Assembly: GCA_018402525.1 (NCBI GenBank)
Contig: JAGYIR010000013.1
Span: 29,390 to 93,389 of the forward strand
Direction of reading: 5' to 3'
DNA length: 64,000 nucleotides
Source: Crocinitomicaceae bacterium
Lineage (GTDB): Bacteria; Bacteroidota; Bacteroidia; Flavobacteriales_D; Crocinitomicaceae
The notes beneath the pieces are model-generated. The model was not told where the DNA came from and searched no databases. It saw only the letters and a list, made by a program, of their open reading frames with translations. Both the position numbers and the translations under genes were made by a program. Every line of letters starts with the position of its first letter. The first letter of the stretch is position 1. Of this stretch, positions 18,753-28,176 are shown in pieces.

Positions 18753-21700
18753 ATGCCTCAATTCAGTAATGCACTTATGAAGGTAAACCCTTCAACCAAT
18801 AATTCTATCTGGGCCAAACAACATACGTTCAATTTTGCTTCCTTTTTACCTCATGGACAACACGTTTCTGATGGTGGATATATTGGGCTTTCTTACACGC
18901 TTTCGGGTGCAGGACACGACATGCACTTTATCAAAACAAATGAAAACGGTGAAACTGCAATAGCATGTCCTACGAACGACATCACCGTTTCTCATAATGG
19001 ACCATCATACACATACGGAACCCCCATATACAATAGCTGGAATTCAAACACGGTAACAAATGGCACTTTTACACCAACCGTTACCAATATTAACCCTGGC
19101 TCGACGGTTCAATGCTCCTTTACATCATGCACCGCACCAACGATCAATACGCAACCTACAGACGAAACTATTTGTTCTACAGGAATTGGAAATCTTACCG
19201 TTGCCGCAACAGCAGGACCTTACCAATGGCAATACAACAATGGTGGGTCATGGGAAAATGTAACCAACGGTTCACCAACTGGATTTACCTATACGGGTGC
19301 AACTACAGATAACTTAACAATTAATGCCGCAGGAGCACCTCAAGGAACTTACCAATTCCAAGTTATTGCTGGAGACCCTGCCTGTGAGACAATTTCAAAC
19401 ACGGTGACTGTAACTGTACCTGGTGCGACTCAATTGGCACCCGCGAGTCCAACATGTAGCGGAGTTGCCTTAAATTTTGAAGCATTACCTGCAGCTGGAG
19501 CAACTTATGCGTGGAGTGTCACAGCGCCTATCGGAACGTCAGCGACGCCTACAAATGGCAGTGGTCAAACATTCTCGTATACGCCAACAAACAATACAGC
19601 CACAGCTCAGAATTTTACGGTTGATGTCGATGTTACTTTTAACAGTGTAACATGCCCAGTGCAGTTCATTAATACCGTCAATCCACAACCTACAGCGCCA
19701 ATCGTGGGCACGATTACTCATCCTGATTGCGCTACACCAACTGGAAGTGTTGCCTTAAGTGGATTACCAGCTTCAGGCACATGGACCGTTACAGCATCAC
19801 CAGGTGGAGCGACGCTGACCAGTAGTGGAACAACAGGAGTTATCACTGGACTCGCTGCAAATACTTCATACACCTTTACTGTGGAGAATAACTTTGGTTG
19901 TACATCCGTTGCATCAACAGGTGCAACAATAGACCCACAACCGCCAACACCATCAGCACCAACCATTGGTACAATTACACAACCAGACTGTAATACCCCA
20001 ACAGGAAGTGTAGCTCTAAGTGGATTGCCTGCTTCGGGAACATGGACAGTAACCGTATCTCCAGGCGGTGGAACGATTAATGGAACTGGCACCACGGGCA
20101 ATTTTACTGGTCTAGCACCAAATGCAACATACACGTTCACAGTAACAGATGATACGGGTTGTACTTCTGTGGCTTCTGCAAATGCCTTGGTTAATCCCGT
20201 TCCTGGAGCGCCATCAGCACCGATTGTTGGAACAATTACTCAACCTACATGCTCTACAGCGACAGGAAGTGTACAGTTAAATGGGCTACCCGCATCTGGA
20301 ACTTGGACATTGACTGAAACTCCTGGTGGAGGAACAATTAACGGAACTGGGACAACAACTACAATTACCGGTCTCGCAGGTGGGACAACCTATACATACA
20401 CTGTTACAGATGACTTAGGATGTACTTCATCAACTTCTGTTGACGTTGTAATCATTCCTCAACCGGCAATACCTTCAACACCAATCGTTGGAACAGTAAC
20501 TCAACCAAATTGCGCTACCGCGACTGGAAGTGTTGCGTTTAGTGGACTTCCAGCAACAGGATCATGGACAATCACCGCGTCGCCAGGTGGCGCGACTGAA
20601 ACCAATACCGGTACGACGGGAACAATTTCTGGTTTAGCTGCGAACACATCGTATACATTTACTGTTGAAAATAGCGATGGGTGTACATCGTCAGCGACTA
20701 TCTCTGTGGATATTGATCCACAGCCAACAACACCATCGGCTCCAATCCTTGGGACAGTTACTCAACCAGATTGTGCAACTCCAACTGGAAGTGTTGATCT
20801 AAGTGGACTTCCTGCTTCTGGAAACTGGACAGTAACAACATCACCAGGTGGTGGAACATTAAACGGAACTGGAACCACGACAACAATAACAGGTTTAGCT
20901 CAAAATGATACGTATACCTTTACTGTCACTAACGACGAAGGTTGTACATCTGTTGTTTCAGCTAATGTCATCATCGACCCTGTTCCAGGAGCACCAATAG
21001 CACCGATCGTTGGAACAATTACTCAACCTACTTGTGCAACAGCAACAGGAAGCGTGCAATTAAGTGGATTACCTGCAACTGGAACGTGGACATTGACTGA
21101 AACACCTGGTGGTGGAACAATTAACGGAACTGGGACAACGAAAACAATCACTGGTCTAACTGGAAGCACCACGTACACATACACTGTTACGGATGACTTA
21201 GGATGTACTTCATCAACTTCTGTTGACGTAGCAATCAATCCACAACCAACGACACCTTCAACACCAATCGTTGGAACAGTAACGCAACCAGACTGTGCAA
21301 CGGCAACAGGAAGTGTTGACTTTAGTGGATTACCTGCAACTGGAACGTGGACTATCACTGCGTCCCTGGGTGGAGCAACTGAAACAAATACTGGAACAAC
21401 TGGAACAATTTCTGGGCTTGTTGCAAATACATCGTATACATTTACAATAGAAAATAGCGATGGTTGTACATCTTCAGCGACTATCTCTGTGGATATTGAT
21501 CCACAGCCAACAACACCATCGGCTCCGATCCTTGGGACAGTTACTCAACCAGATTGTGCAACTCCAACTGGAAGTGTTGATCTAAGTGGACTTCCTGCTT
21601 CTGGAAACTGGACAGTAACAACATCACCAGGTGGACTTACAGCAAATGGTACAGGAGCATCAACAACTTTCACTGGGTTAGCTCAAGGCAATACGTATAC

Positions 21701-22766
21701 TTTTACTGTCACAAATGATGAAGGTTGTACTTCCGTATCTTCAACTTCAGTGGATATTGATCCTGTAGCTGGAGCACCAATAATTACACTTGATGATCAA
21801 ACAAATGTTACATGCAACGGAGACACGGACGGTGAGTTAGTCATTTCTGTCGCTGGTGGTCAAGCGCCATACGATTACAGCTGGACGCCAAATGTTGGAA
21901 CAACTCCAACAGTATCTGGTCTCTCAGCTGGAAGTTACACAGTGATTGTCACTGATGATCTCGGCTGTACTGGAACAGACACATATACTATAACGGGACC
22001 AGATGCACTCTCTATCAATGAACTTGTTACGAATGTCACTTGTGAATCATCACTTGGAAGTATAACAACAAGTGTCACCGGTGGAAGCGGACCTTATGAC
22101 TATGCATGGACACCAAACAGTGAAATTACTGCCGACTTGACAGATCTAGCTGCTGGAAACTATGGATTAGAAGTGACTGATGCGAATGGATGTACAGTAA
22201 GCGACAATTTTACAATTGTAACGGTTGGTTCATTGTCCATTGACGTTGATCCCGAGTATAGCTTGATTGATGAAGGCGAGTCCGTTCAACTCACTGCTAC
22301 AGGAGGTGAAAACTATTCTTGGACACCTTCTACTGGACTTAGCTGTGACGACTGTGACGACCCGATTGCAAGTCCAACAGAAACCACAACTTATTTTGTT
22401 ACCGCTTCAGATTCATCTGGATGTACTGGTGCTGATACTGCACTTGTTGAAATCAGAATTCGCTGTGGAGAACTATACGTTCCAAATATTTTCTCTCCAA
22501 ATGGAGATATGAATAACGACTATTTATGTCTGTACGGAAGCTGCGTTACCAAAGTAATCTACACAGTTTACGACCGATGGGGAGAACTAGTTTTTGAAAC
22601 TGAATCGACTGTAGACTTGGAAACTGGGAATTACCAAGAAGTTTGTTGGGATGGAACATTTAGAGGGAAACCTTTGAACAGCGGTGTATTTGCATACAAG
22701 CTCTATGCTGAACTATTCGACGGAGAAATAATTGAAGAGTCTGGAAACATAACATTAGTTCGTTAA
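18753..22766 (+). CDS. Giant repeat adhesin with SprB-type repeats and type-B T9SS (gliding motility-associated, CHU_C-like) C-terminal domain
   Basis: No signal peptide of its own. Eight ~87-aa tandem domains, two CNGDTDG/PYDYxWTP SprB-like repeats, and C-terminal LYVPNIFSPNGDMNNDYL...ITLVR. This frame is open back to about 18645. Confidence 0.85.
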   Translation: MPQFSNALMKVNPSTNNSIWAKQHTFNFASFLPHGQHVSDGGYIGLSYTLSGAGHDMHFIKTNENGETAIACPTNDITVSHNGPSYTYGTPIYNSWNSNTVTNGTFTPTVTNINPGSTVQCSFTSCTAPTINTQPTDETICSTGIGNLTVAATAGPYQWQYNNGGSWENVTNGSPTGFTYTGATTDNLTINAAGAPQGTYQFQVIAGDPACETISNTVTVTVPGATQLAPASPTCSGVALNFEALPAAGATYAWSVTAPIGTSATPTNGSGQTFSYTPTNNTATAQNFTVDVDVTFNSVTCPVQFINTVNPQPTAPIVGTITHPDCATPTGSVALSGLPASGTWTVTASPGGATLTSSGTTGVITGLAANTSYTFTVENNFGCTSVASTGATIDPQPPTPSAPTIGTITQPDCNTPTGSVALSGLPASGTWTVTVSPGGGTINGTGTTGNFTGLAPNATYTFTVTDDTGCTSVASANALVNPVPGAPSAPIVGTITQPTCSTATGSVQLNGLPASGTWTLTETPGGGTINGTGTTTTITGLAGGTTYTYTVTDDLGCTSSTSVDVVIIPQPAIPSTPIVGTVTQPNCATATGSVAFSGLPATGSWTITASPGGATETNTGTTGTISGLAANTSYTFTVENSDGCTSSATISVDIDPQPTTPSAPILGTVTQPDCATPTGSVDLSGLPASGNWTVTTSPGGGTLNGTGTTTTITGLAQNDTYTFTVTNDEGCTSVVSANVIIDPVPGAPIAPIVGTITQPTCATATGSVQLSGLPATGTWTLTETPGGGTINGTGTTKTITGLTGSTTYTYTVTDDLGCTSSTSVDVAINPQPTTPSTPIVGTVTQPDCATATGSVDFSGLPATGTWTITASLGGATETNTGTTGTISGLVANTSYTFTIENSDGCTSSATISVDIDPQPTTPSAPILGTVTQPDCATPTGSVDLSGLPASGNWTVTTSPGGLTANGTGASTTFTGLAQGNTYTFTVTNDEGCTSVSSTSVDIDPVAGAPIITLDDQTNVTCNGDTDGELVISVAGGQAPYDYSWTPNVGTTPTVSGLSAGSYTVIVTDDLGCTGTDTYTITGPDALSINELVTNVTCESSLGSITTSVTGGSGPYDYAWTPNSEITADLTDLAAGNYGLEVTDANGCTVSDNFTIVTVGSLSIDVDPEYSLIDEGESVQLTATGGENYSWTPSTGLSCDDCDDPIASPTETTTYFVTASDSSGCTGADTALVEIRIRCGELYVPNIFSPNGDMNNDYLCLYGSCVTKVIYTVYDRWGELVFETESTVDLETGNYQEVCWDGTFRGKPLNSGVFAYKLYAELFDGEIIEESGNITLVR
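19692..21779 (+). repeat. 8 x 261-bp in-frame tandem repeat inside the adhesin gene
   Basis: Unit register at 19701+261k, read from the IVGTIT/TIGTIT codons. Units 3-5 are re-duplicated as units 6-8 at a 783-bp offset, with stretches of ~150 bp differing by one base. Confidence 0.9.
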
Positions 22767-22784
22767 TATTAAAGGGATAAAATC

Positions 22785-23831
22785 ATGAAAAAAACAGTAA
22801 AATACCTCATCATTGCAACTGGATTTGCGATTTCGACTAGTGGGTTTGCTCAAGATGTACATTTCTCTCAAATGTCATTTTCTCCACTAAATTTAAATCC
22901 AGCTCTTGCCGGTGCTAATTCAACTTTACAGGGAATCGTAAACTATCGATCGCAGTGGAACAGTGTTGCAGAGCCGTATCAAACGATTGGTGCTTCGGTA
23001 GACGGTCGATTTAACGACAACAAGCGAAATAAGAAAGGCATCATCGCTGGTGGTTTGAACTTTTTCAATGATCAAGCTGGTGATTTAAAAGTTTCGACTA
23101 CAATTGTCAATCTGAATTTGGCTTACCACCTCATTTTAGATCAAAAGAGCACATTAGGTTTGGGAATCTATGGTGGTTTTGGACAACGCGCTATTGACCC
23201 ATCAGACGGTCGTTGGGGATCGCAGTATGATGGCACAAGTTACAATGAAGCTTTACCAAGCAACGAAGTCTTTGATTCTCCAAGCTTTTCGTTTCTGGAT
23301 GCCGGAGCTGGACTGTTGTATACCTTTAAAAAGTTTGAAGGCTACATGACTCAAAACAATCAGCGACAGTTTAATGTTGGAGCAGCATTCTTCCATGTCA
23401 ACAATCCAAACTATTCATTTATTGACAACGGAACAGAGAAACTATACATGAGATGGTCGCTTTTTGCAAATGCCGTGATCGGAGTAAATAACTCACGGGG
23501 CGCATTTTTACCAGGAGTGTACTTCAACAGACAAAAATCTGCAATGGAGATTTTGTATGGAACTTACTATAGAATAACACTAACCGAAGGATCCAAAGTA
23601 ACTGGATTTAATAAACCTTTCTTTTTCCATTTAGGTCTATTCAATCGATGGAGTGATGCACTTGTTGCAAAAGCAATGTTGGAATGGTCAGATATTTCTG
23701 CAGGATTTGCATACGATATTAATATCTCATCCCTGAATGAAGTTTCAAGCGCTAGAGGTGGTTTTGAAATCTTCCTAAGATACAATATGCTCTCAGGAGG
23801 AAAACCATTGTCGCGCTCAAGAGTACGATAG
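22785..23831 (+). CDS. PorP/SprF family T9SS membrane protein
   Basis: Signal peptide then QDVHFSQMSFSPLNLNPALAG, the hallmark N-terminus of the family. Located immediately downstream of a type-B CTD cargo gene. Confidence 0.9.
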   Translation: MKKTVKYLIIATGFAISTSGFAQDVHFSQMSFSPLNLNPALAGANSTLQGIVNYRSQWNSVAEPYQTIGASVDGRFNDNKRNKKGIIAGGLNFFNDQAGDLKVSTTIVNLNLAYHLILDQKSTLGLGIYGGFGQRAIDPSDGRWGSQYDGTSYNEALPSNEVFDSPSFSFLDAGAGLLYTFKKFEGYMTQNNQRQFNVGAAFFHVNNPNYSFIDNGTEKLYMRWSLFANAVIGVNNSRGAFLPGVYFNRQKSAMEILYGTYYRITLTEGSKVTGFNKPFFFHLGLFNRWSDALVAKAMLEWSDISAGFAYDINISSLNEVSSARGGFEIFLRYNMLSGGKPLSRSRVR

Positions 23832-23840
23832 GGAATTACA

Positions 23841-23866
23841 AAAGGAGGCTTCGGTCTCCTTTTTTA
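23841..23866. terminator. Bidirectional hairpin between convergent porP/sprF and lrp genes
   Basis: AAAGGAGGC-TTCG-GTCTCCTTTTTT, with A-run and T-run flanks. Confidence 0.6.
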
Positions 23867-24310
23867 TGGCTTAATTATACTCATAACAAAAGAACTTTGA
23901 ACATTAGAGATACTTGGAATTGATGCTAGCTTGTACTTCAGAAAAGTTTCGTATTCAACCATATCAGCAACTTCTATCAGCATAACGTAGTCGAAGTCCC
24001 CAGCAATGTGACAACAAGTGGCAACTTCATTTAAACTGGCGATTTTTCTTTCAAAGCCCTCCAACAATTCTAGATTATGCTCTTTGAGAGAAACCATGCA
24101 GAACACGCTTAATCCCTTTCCAATTTTTCTCTTATCAAGTCTTACACCATAACCTTGTATGATTCCAGACTTTTCGAGTTTTTTAATTCGCTCATACGTA
24201 GGAGTAACGGTCAAACCAATTTGAAGAGCGATTTCTTTCATCCCCAATTTTGAGTTTTCCTGTAGAATCTCCAAAATTGCATTATCTATATTGTCAATCG
24301 TATGGTCCAT
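23864..24310 (-). CDS. Lrp/AsnC family transcriptional regulator
   Basis: 148 aa with an N-terminal HTH (LDNIDNAILEILQENSKLGMKEIA) and a C-terminal RAM-like domain. Divergent from the PLP enzyme gene. Confidence 0.9.
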   Translation of the reverse strand: MDHTIDNIDNAILEILQENSKLGMKEIALQIGLTVTPTYERIKKLEKSGIIQGYGVRLDKRKIGKGLSVFCMVSLKEHNLELLEGFERKIASLNEVATCCHIAGDFDYVMLIEVADMVEYETFLKYKLASIPSISNVQSSFVMSIIKP

Positions 24311-24458
24311 AGTTTATCTTTCTCTTTTAACCTCATTTCAACACGAAAAAAAGATTAAAAATCCTAATATATCAATTAATTTAGAATAATATTCTACACC
24401 AACTCTATTTTACAGAAATTTTCATAGGTTTAAACGTACAACACTTTAAAAAAGAGCT

Positions 24459-25718
24459 ATGGATTATTCAAAAATGCAACCCGAAAGTTTAATGATGAGT
24501 TATGGCTACAAACCATCCTTATCCGAAGGAGCAATTAAATGCCCAATTTTTCAAACTTCTACTTTCGTTTTTAATTCTGCCATGGAAGGAAAACGCTTTT
24601 TTGAAGTTGCCTATGGTCTTCGTGAAAAAGAGAAGGATGAAGAGCTTGGACTGATCTACAGTCGTCTAAATAATCCTGATTTAGAAATTTTAGAAAATCG
24701 ACTTTGCTTATGGGACGGTGCTGAAGACTGTGCCGTTTTTGAAAGTGGCATGTCTGCAATAAGCACTGTAATGATGGAATTGCTTTCCCCTGGGGATTTA
24801 TTGGTTTACAGTCGCCCGGTTTATGGTGGAACAGATCATTTCATTCATCACTTTTTAAAACGAATGAAAATACAGAGTGTTGGTTTTAGAGCAGGTGAAA
24901 CAAAAGAGGAAATCATTGAACGAATAGAAGCGACAGGAAATGCTGCAAATTTAAAGCTAATTCATATTGAAACTCCTGCCAATCCTACAAATGCTGTCAT
25001 AGACATTGAATTATGCGCTGAAATAAAGTCACATTTCTCGACCAGTGAAAACGAAGTAATTTTATCCGTTGACAATACGTACATGGGACCAATTTGGCAA
25101 CATCCTCTGAAACATGGCGCCGACTTAGTGTTATATTCTGCAACTAAATACATTGGTGGCCATTCAGATGTAATTGCAGGGGCGTGCTTAGGCTCAAAAG
25201 GTCTAATGGCTAGAATAAAAGGCTTAAGAACATTTTTAGGAAATATGGCTGGTCCTTGGACGGGTTGGCTGCTGATGAGAAGTCTCGAGACGCTAAAGGT
25301 TAGAATGGATCAACAAGCGACAAACGCAGAGTATGTCGCTGAATTTTTGAACAACCACCCGAAAGTAGAAGCAGTTTACTACCTTGGAAATACTGCAAAA
25401 AATGGAACAGCTGTCGACAAAGAGGTAATCAAACGTCAGTTCAAGTCCTATGGAGCAATGATAGCTTTTGATGTGGTAGGAGGCGAAAAAGAAGCTTTTC
25501 AGTTTCTAGACAACTTGAAATTAATCAAACTAGCAGTATCGTTAGGTGGAACAGAAAGTTTAGCTGAACATCCACAAACCATGACGCATGCCGATGTAGA
25601 CCCCGAAGATAAAAAGGTCATGAACATCACTGAAAAATTAGTGCGGCTGTCCATTGGAGTTGAAAATTACAATGACATCATTTCAGATATTGATCAAGCG
25701 CTTGATACTATCAATTAG
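24459..25718 (+). CDS. PLP-dependent Cys/Met-metabolism enzyme (methionine gamma-lyase / cystathionine gamma-synthase family)
   Basis: PIFQTSTFVF near the N-terminus and the YSATKYIGGHSDVIAG PLP-lysine motif. Exact reaction not assignable by eye. Confidence 0.8.
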   Translation: MDYSKMQPESLMMSYGYKPSLSEGAIKCPIFQTSTFVFNSAMEGKRFFEVAYGLREKEKDEELGLIYSRLNNPDLEILENRLCLWDGAEDCAVFESGMSAISTVMMELLSPGDLLVYSRPVYGGTDHFIHHFLKRMKIQSVGFRAGETKEEIIERIEATGNAANLKLIHIETPANPTNAVIDIELCAEIKSHFSTSENEVILSVDNTYMGPIWQHPLKHGADLVLYSATKYIGGHSDVIAGACLGSKGLMARIKGLRTFLGNMAGPWTGWLLMRSLETLKVRMDQQATNAEYVAEFLNNHPKVEAVYYLGNTAKNGTAVDKEVIKRQFKSYGAMIAFDVVGGEKEAFQFLDNLKLIKLAVSLGGTESLAEHPQTMTHADVDPEDKKVMNITEKLVRLSIGVENYNDIISDIDQALDTIN

Positions 25719-25742
25719 CATCTAGGAAGTTATTTCAATCAA

Positions 25743-27476
25743 TTAAAGCATCTCGCGAATATCTTTGATATTCAATTGAACGGTCTCTTTACCATTCCAA
25801 CGATTCGATTCCAAGGTATATGCAATTTGAAACGGTAGTCCTGAAGCAACGGTGTTCATTTTATCTGCCATATTGAAGCCAATACCATCCACAACAACAT
25901 CGGAAGTGGGTTGGGTCATGGACAACTTCAGGTGGGCTTCTTTGAGCAATCGAACATCTGTGCTAAACACGTTATCGGAAACAAAAACAGGTTTCATATT
26001 TCCAGGTCCATGGGGTTCAAACTGATTTAAAATCCGCTTTAAGCGTGGAATCTGTAAACGATTTTCTTCTGGTGTAAACAATTGATTAAACGATAAATTG
26101 AGGTCAATCTTTTGCTCTGGAACGAGGATTTCCGCAGTAATTGAATTCGAAACAACCTCTTCGAACCTAGCGATGAATTCATTCAAATCTTCCCTTTTCA
26201 ACGTCAATCCAGCTGCATACATGTGACCACCAAATTGTTCCAACAAATCTTCACATTCGGCAATGGCTTGGTAAATGTCAAACCCTTCGATGGAGCGTGC
26301 AGAACCAGTAACAACACCATTCGATTCTGTAAGCACAATAGTTGGTCGGTAATACGTTTCTATCAAACGAGAAGCGACAATCCCAACTACTCCCTTGTGC
26401 CAATTTTCTTTAAAAACGACCGTCGTGACTTTCTCCATTTCCTCCTGCTCAATTAACTCAAGTGCCTCAGTTGTAATTTCCTTATCAAGTAATCGTCGTT
26501 CACTGTTGTCAGCATTTATTTCTTCTGCTAAGGCATTAATCTCATCAACTTCATCGCTGATCATTAAATCAACCGCAAACTTTCCGGATCTAAGTCGACC
26601 TGCGGCATTGATCCGCGGTGCAATTGTAAAAACAACATCCGTTAACGTCACTGGAAACGGGCGATTGGCTAACAGCAATAATTCTTGAAATGCCTTCCGC
26701 GGGTTTCTGTTCAACAGCTCCATACCATGGTAACACAAAATTCTGTTTTCCCCAGTCACTGGAACGATATCTGCACCGATGCTGATTGCCAAGAAATCGA
26801 GCAAAGAAAACAACTGATTGTACGACCAATTGTTGTAATCGCATAGACCTTGTAGCAATTTAAATCCTACCCCACATCCTGAAAGATCATCGTAAGGGTA
26901 ATTACAATCAATTTGCTTTGGATCTAAAATGATTCCATCTGGCAATTGATCTCCAGGAGTATGGTGATCGCAAACAATGAAGTCAATACCTTTTTCTCGA
27001 GCATACAATACAAGTTCAACAGATTTGATTCCGCAATCGAGTGAGATGATTAAATCGACTTGATGTTCACTTGCGAAATCAATCCCTTGCTTGCTCAATC
27101 CATAGCCTTCTGTGTATCTATTTGGAATGTAAAAATCAACCAAAGCGGTCTCTTTCAAAAAGGAATACATCATTGCGACAGCCGTTGTGCCGTCCACATC
27201 ATAATCTCCAAACAACAAAATGCGTTGTTGCTGTTCAACCGCTTCCTGCAAACGCTCCACCGCCTCTTTCATGTTCTTCATTAAAAAAGGGTCGTGCAAA
27301 TCTTCTAATCTCGGACGAAAAAATGCCTCCGCTTCATCAAAAGTTGTAATTCCGCGTTGCAATAATAACTCCGCTACGACTGCGTCTACTTTAAGGGTTG
27401 AACGAAAGCTCTCAACAGCTGTACTGTCAATTGTTTTATTAACGAGCCATCTTTTCTGCATGATTGTGTTTTTCAT
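25743..27476 (-). CDS. recJ: Single-stranded-DNA-specific exonuclease RecJ
   Basis: DHH motifs (LFGDYDVDGTTA, LDCG, VCDHHTP) and the DHHA1 region; 577 aa. Confidence 0.92.
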   Translation of the reverse strand: MKNTIMQKRWLVNKTIDSTAVESFRSTLKVDAVVAELLLQRGITTFDEAEAFFRPRLEDLHDPFLMKNMKEAVERLQEAVEQQQRILLFGDYDVDGTTAVAMMYSFLKETALVDFYIPNRYTEGYGLSKQGIDFASEHQVDLIISLDCGIKSVELVLYAREKGIDFIVCDHHTPGDQLPDGIILDPKQIDCNYPYDDLSGCGVGFKLLQGLCDYNNWSYNQLFSLLDFLAISIGADIVPVTGENRILCYHGMELLNRNPRKAFQELLLLANRPFPVTLTDVVFTIAPRINAAGRLRSGKFAVDLMISDEVDEINALAEEINADNSERRLLDKEITTEALELIEQEEMEKVTTVVFKENWHKGVVGIVASRLIETYYRPTIVLTESNGVVTGSARSIEGFDIYQAIAECEDLLEQFGGHMYAAGLTLKREDLNEFIARFEEVVSNSITAEILVPEQKIDLNLSFNQLFTPEENRLQIPRLKRILNQFEPHGPGNMKPVFVSDNVFSTDVRLLKEAHLKLSMTQPTSDVVVDGIGFNMADKMNTVASGLPFQIAYTLESNRWNGKETVQLNIKDIREML

Positions 27477-27516
27477 CGATTGTGTTTTGTAAATTTAGGT
27501 TCTCTTTTATTAAGTT

Positions 27517-28170
27517 ATGAAAATAGTTGGTTTAATTGCAAGTCTCTCTCTTACTTTTTTTTCAATAGGACAAAAGTCCTATTATTTTTCAAGTTCACTT
27601 CCTTCGGGTGAAGCGTCACTTGTAACCGTGGATAAAAAATGGCACGGAAAATATGCCTTAGGCGCTGGAAATCTAGTGCTGGAAGTCAGTGAAACTGGAA
27701 TTGCAATGATCTCTACCACCATTTCATCTATCAGTCGCGAAGAAATCCGTGAGTCTTCCGCATACGATGTGCGCAATGGTTATATTTTCGGTGTCTTGCT
27801 AAACGACTCCCTGCCTTGTGTTTTAGAGGACGATCGCTATTTTTTCGGAATTCGAAACAAAGACCAAATTGTTGGAGGAAGCTCCAGAAATGTGCTCAGT
27901 GCTTCAGGAAGAGCAGCCAATGAATATGTTCTAAATACATACGAAAACGGCTATTACATCCCTTCCATTTTGATTTTTGAAAACAAATCCGTTACCTCAA
28001 AACAGTTGGATTACGACTTGGAAACCTCCGTTTTCGATTTTGTTGCCTCTCAGAAAAATGTGCAAGGAGCGCAATTAGATCTTGTGGTACTTTCACCGAC
28101 CAACGAAGAATTTAAATCCTTATTGAACACGGTTTTCCTTATTGTTGATGTGTACAAAAGGACTAAATAA
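27517..28170 (+). CDS. Hypothetical secreted protein
   Basis: 217 aa ORF with a hydrophobic N-terminus and no recognisable motifs. Confidence 0.5.
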   Translation: MKIVGLIASLSLTFFSIGQKSYYFSSSLPSGEASLVTVDKKWHGKYALGAGNLVLEVSETGIAMISTTISSISREEIRESSAYDVRNGYIFGVLLNDSLPCVLEDDRYFFGIRNKDQIVGGSSRNVLSASGRAANEYVLNTYENGYYIPSILIFENKSVTSKQLDYDLETSVFDFVASQKNVQGAQLDLVVLSPTNEEFKSLLNTVFLIVDVYKRTK

Positions 28171-28176
28171 CCTGAG

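Noticed and set aside
19718-21358. Antisense ORFs (19718-20140 and 21023-21358, minus strand) and other internal ORFs within the adhesin gene
   Set aside because: They mirror the tandem repeats of the sense gene, which has a codon composition poor in antisense stops. There are no independent signals.
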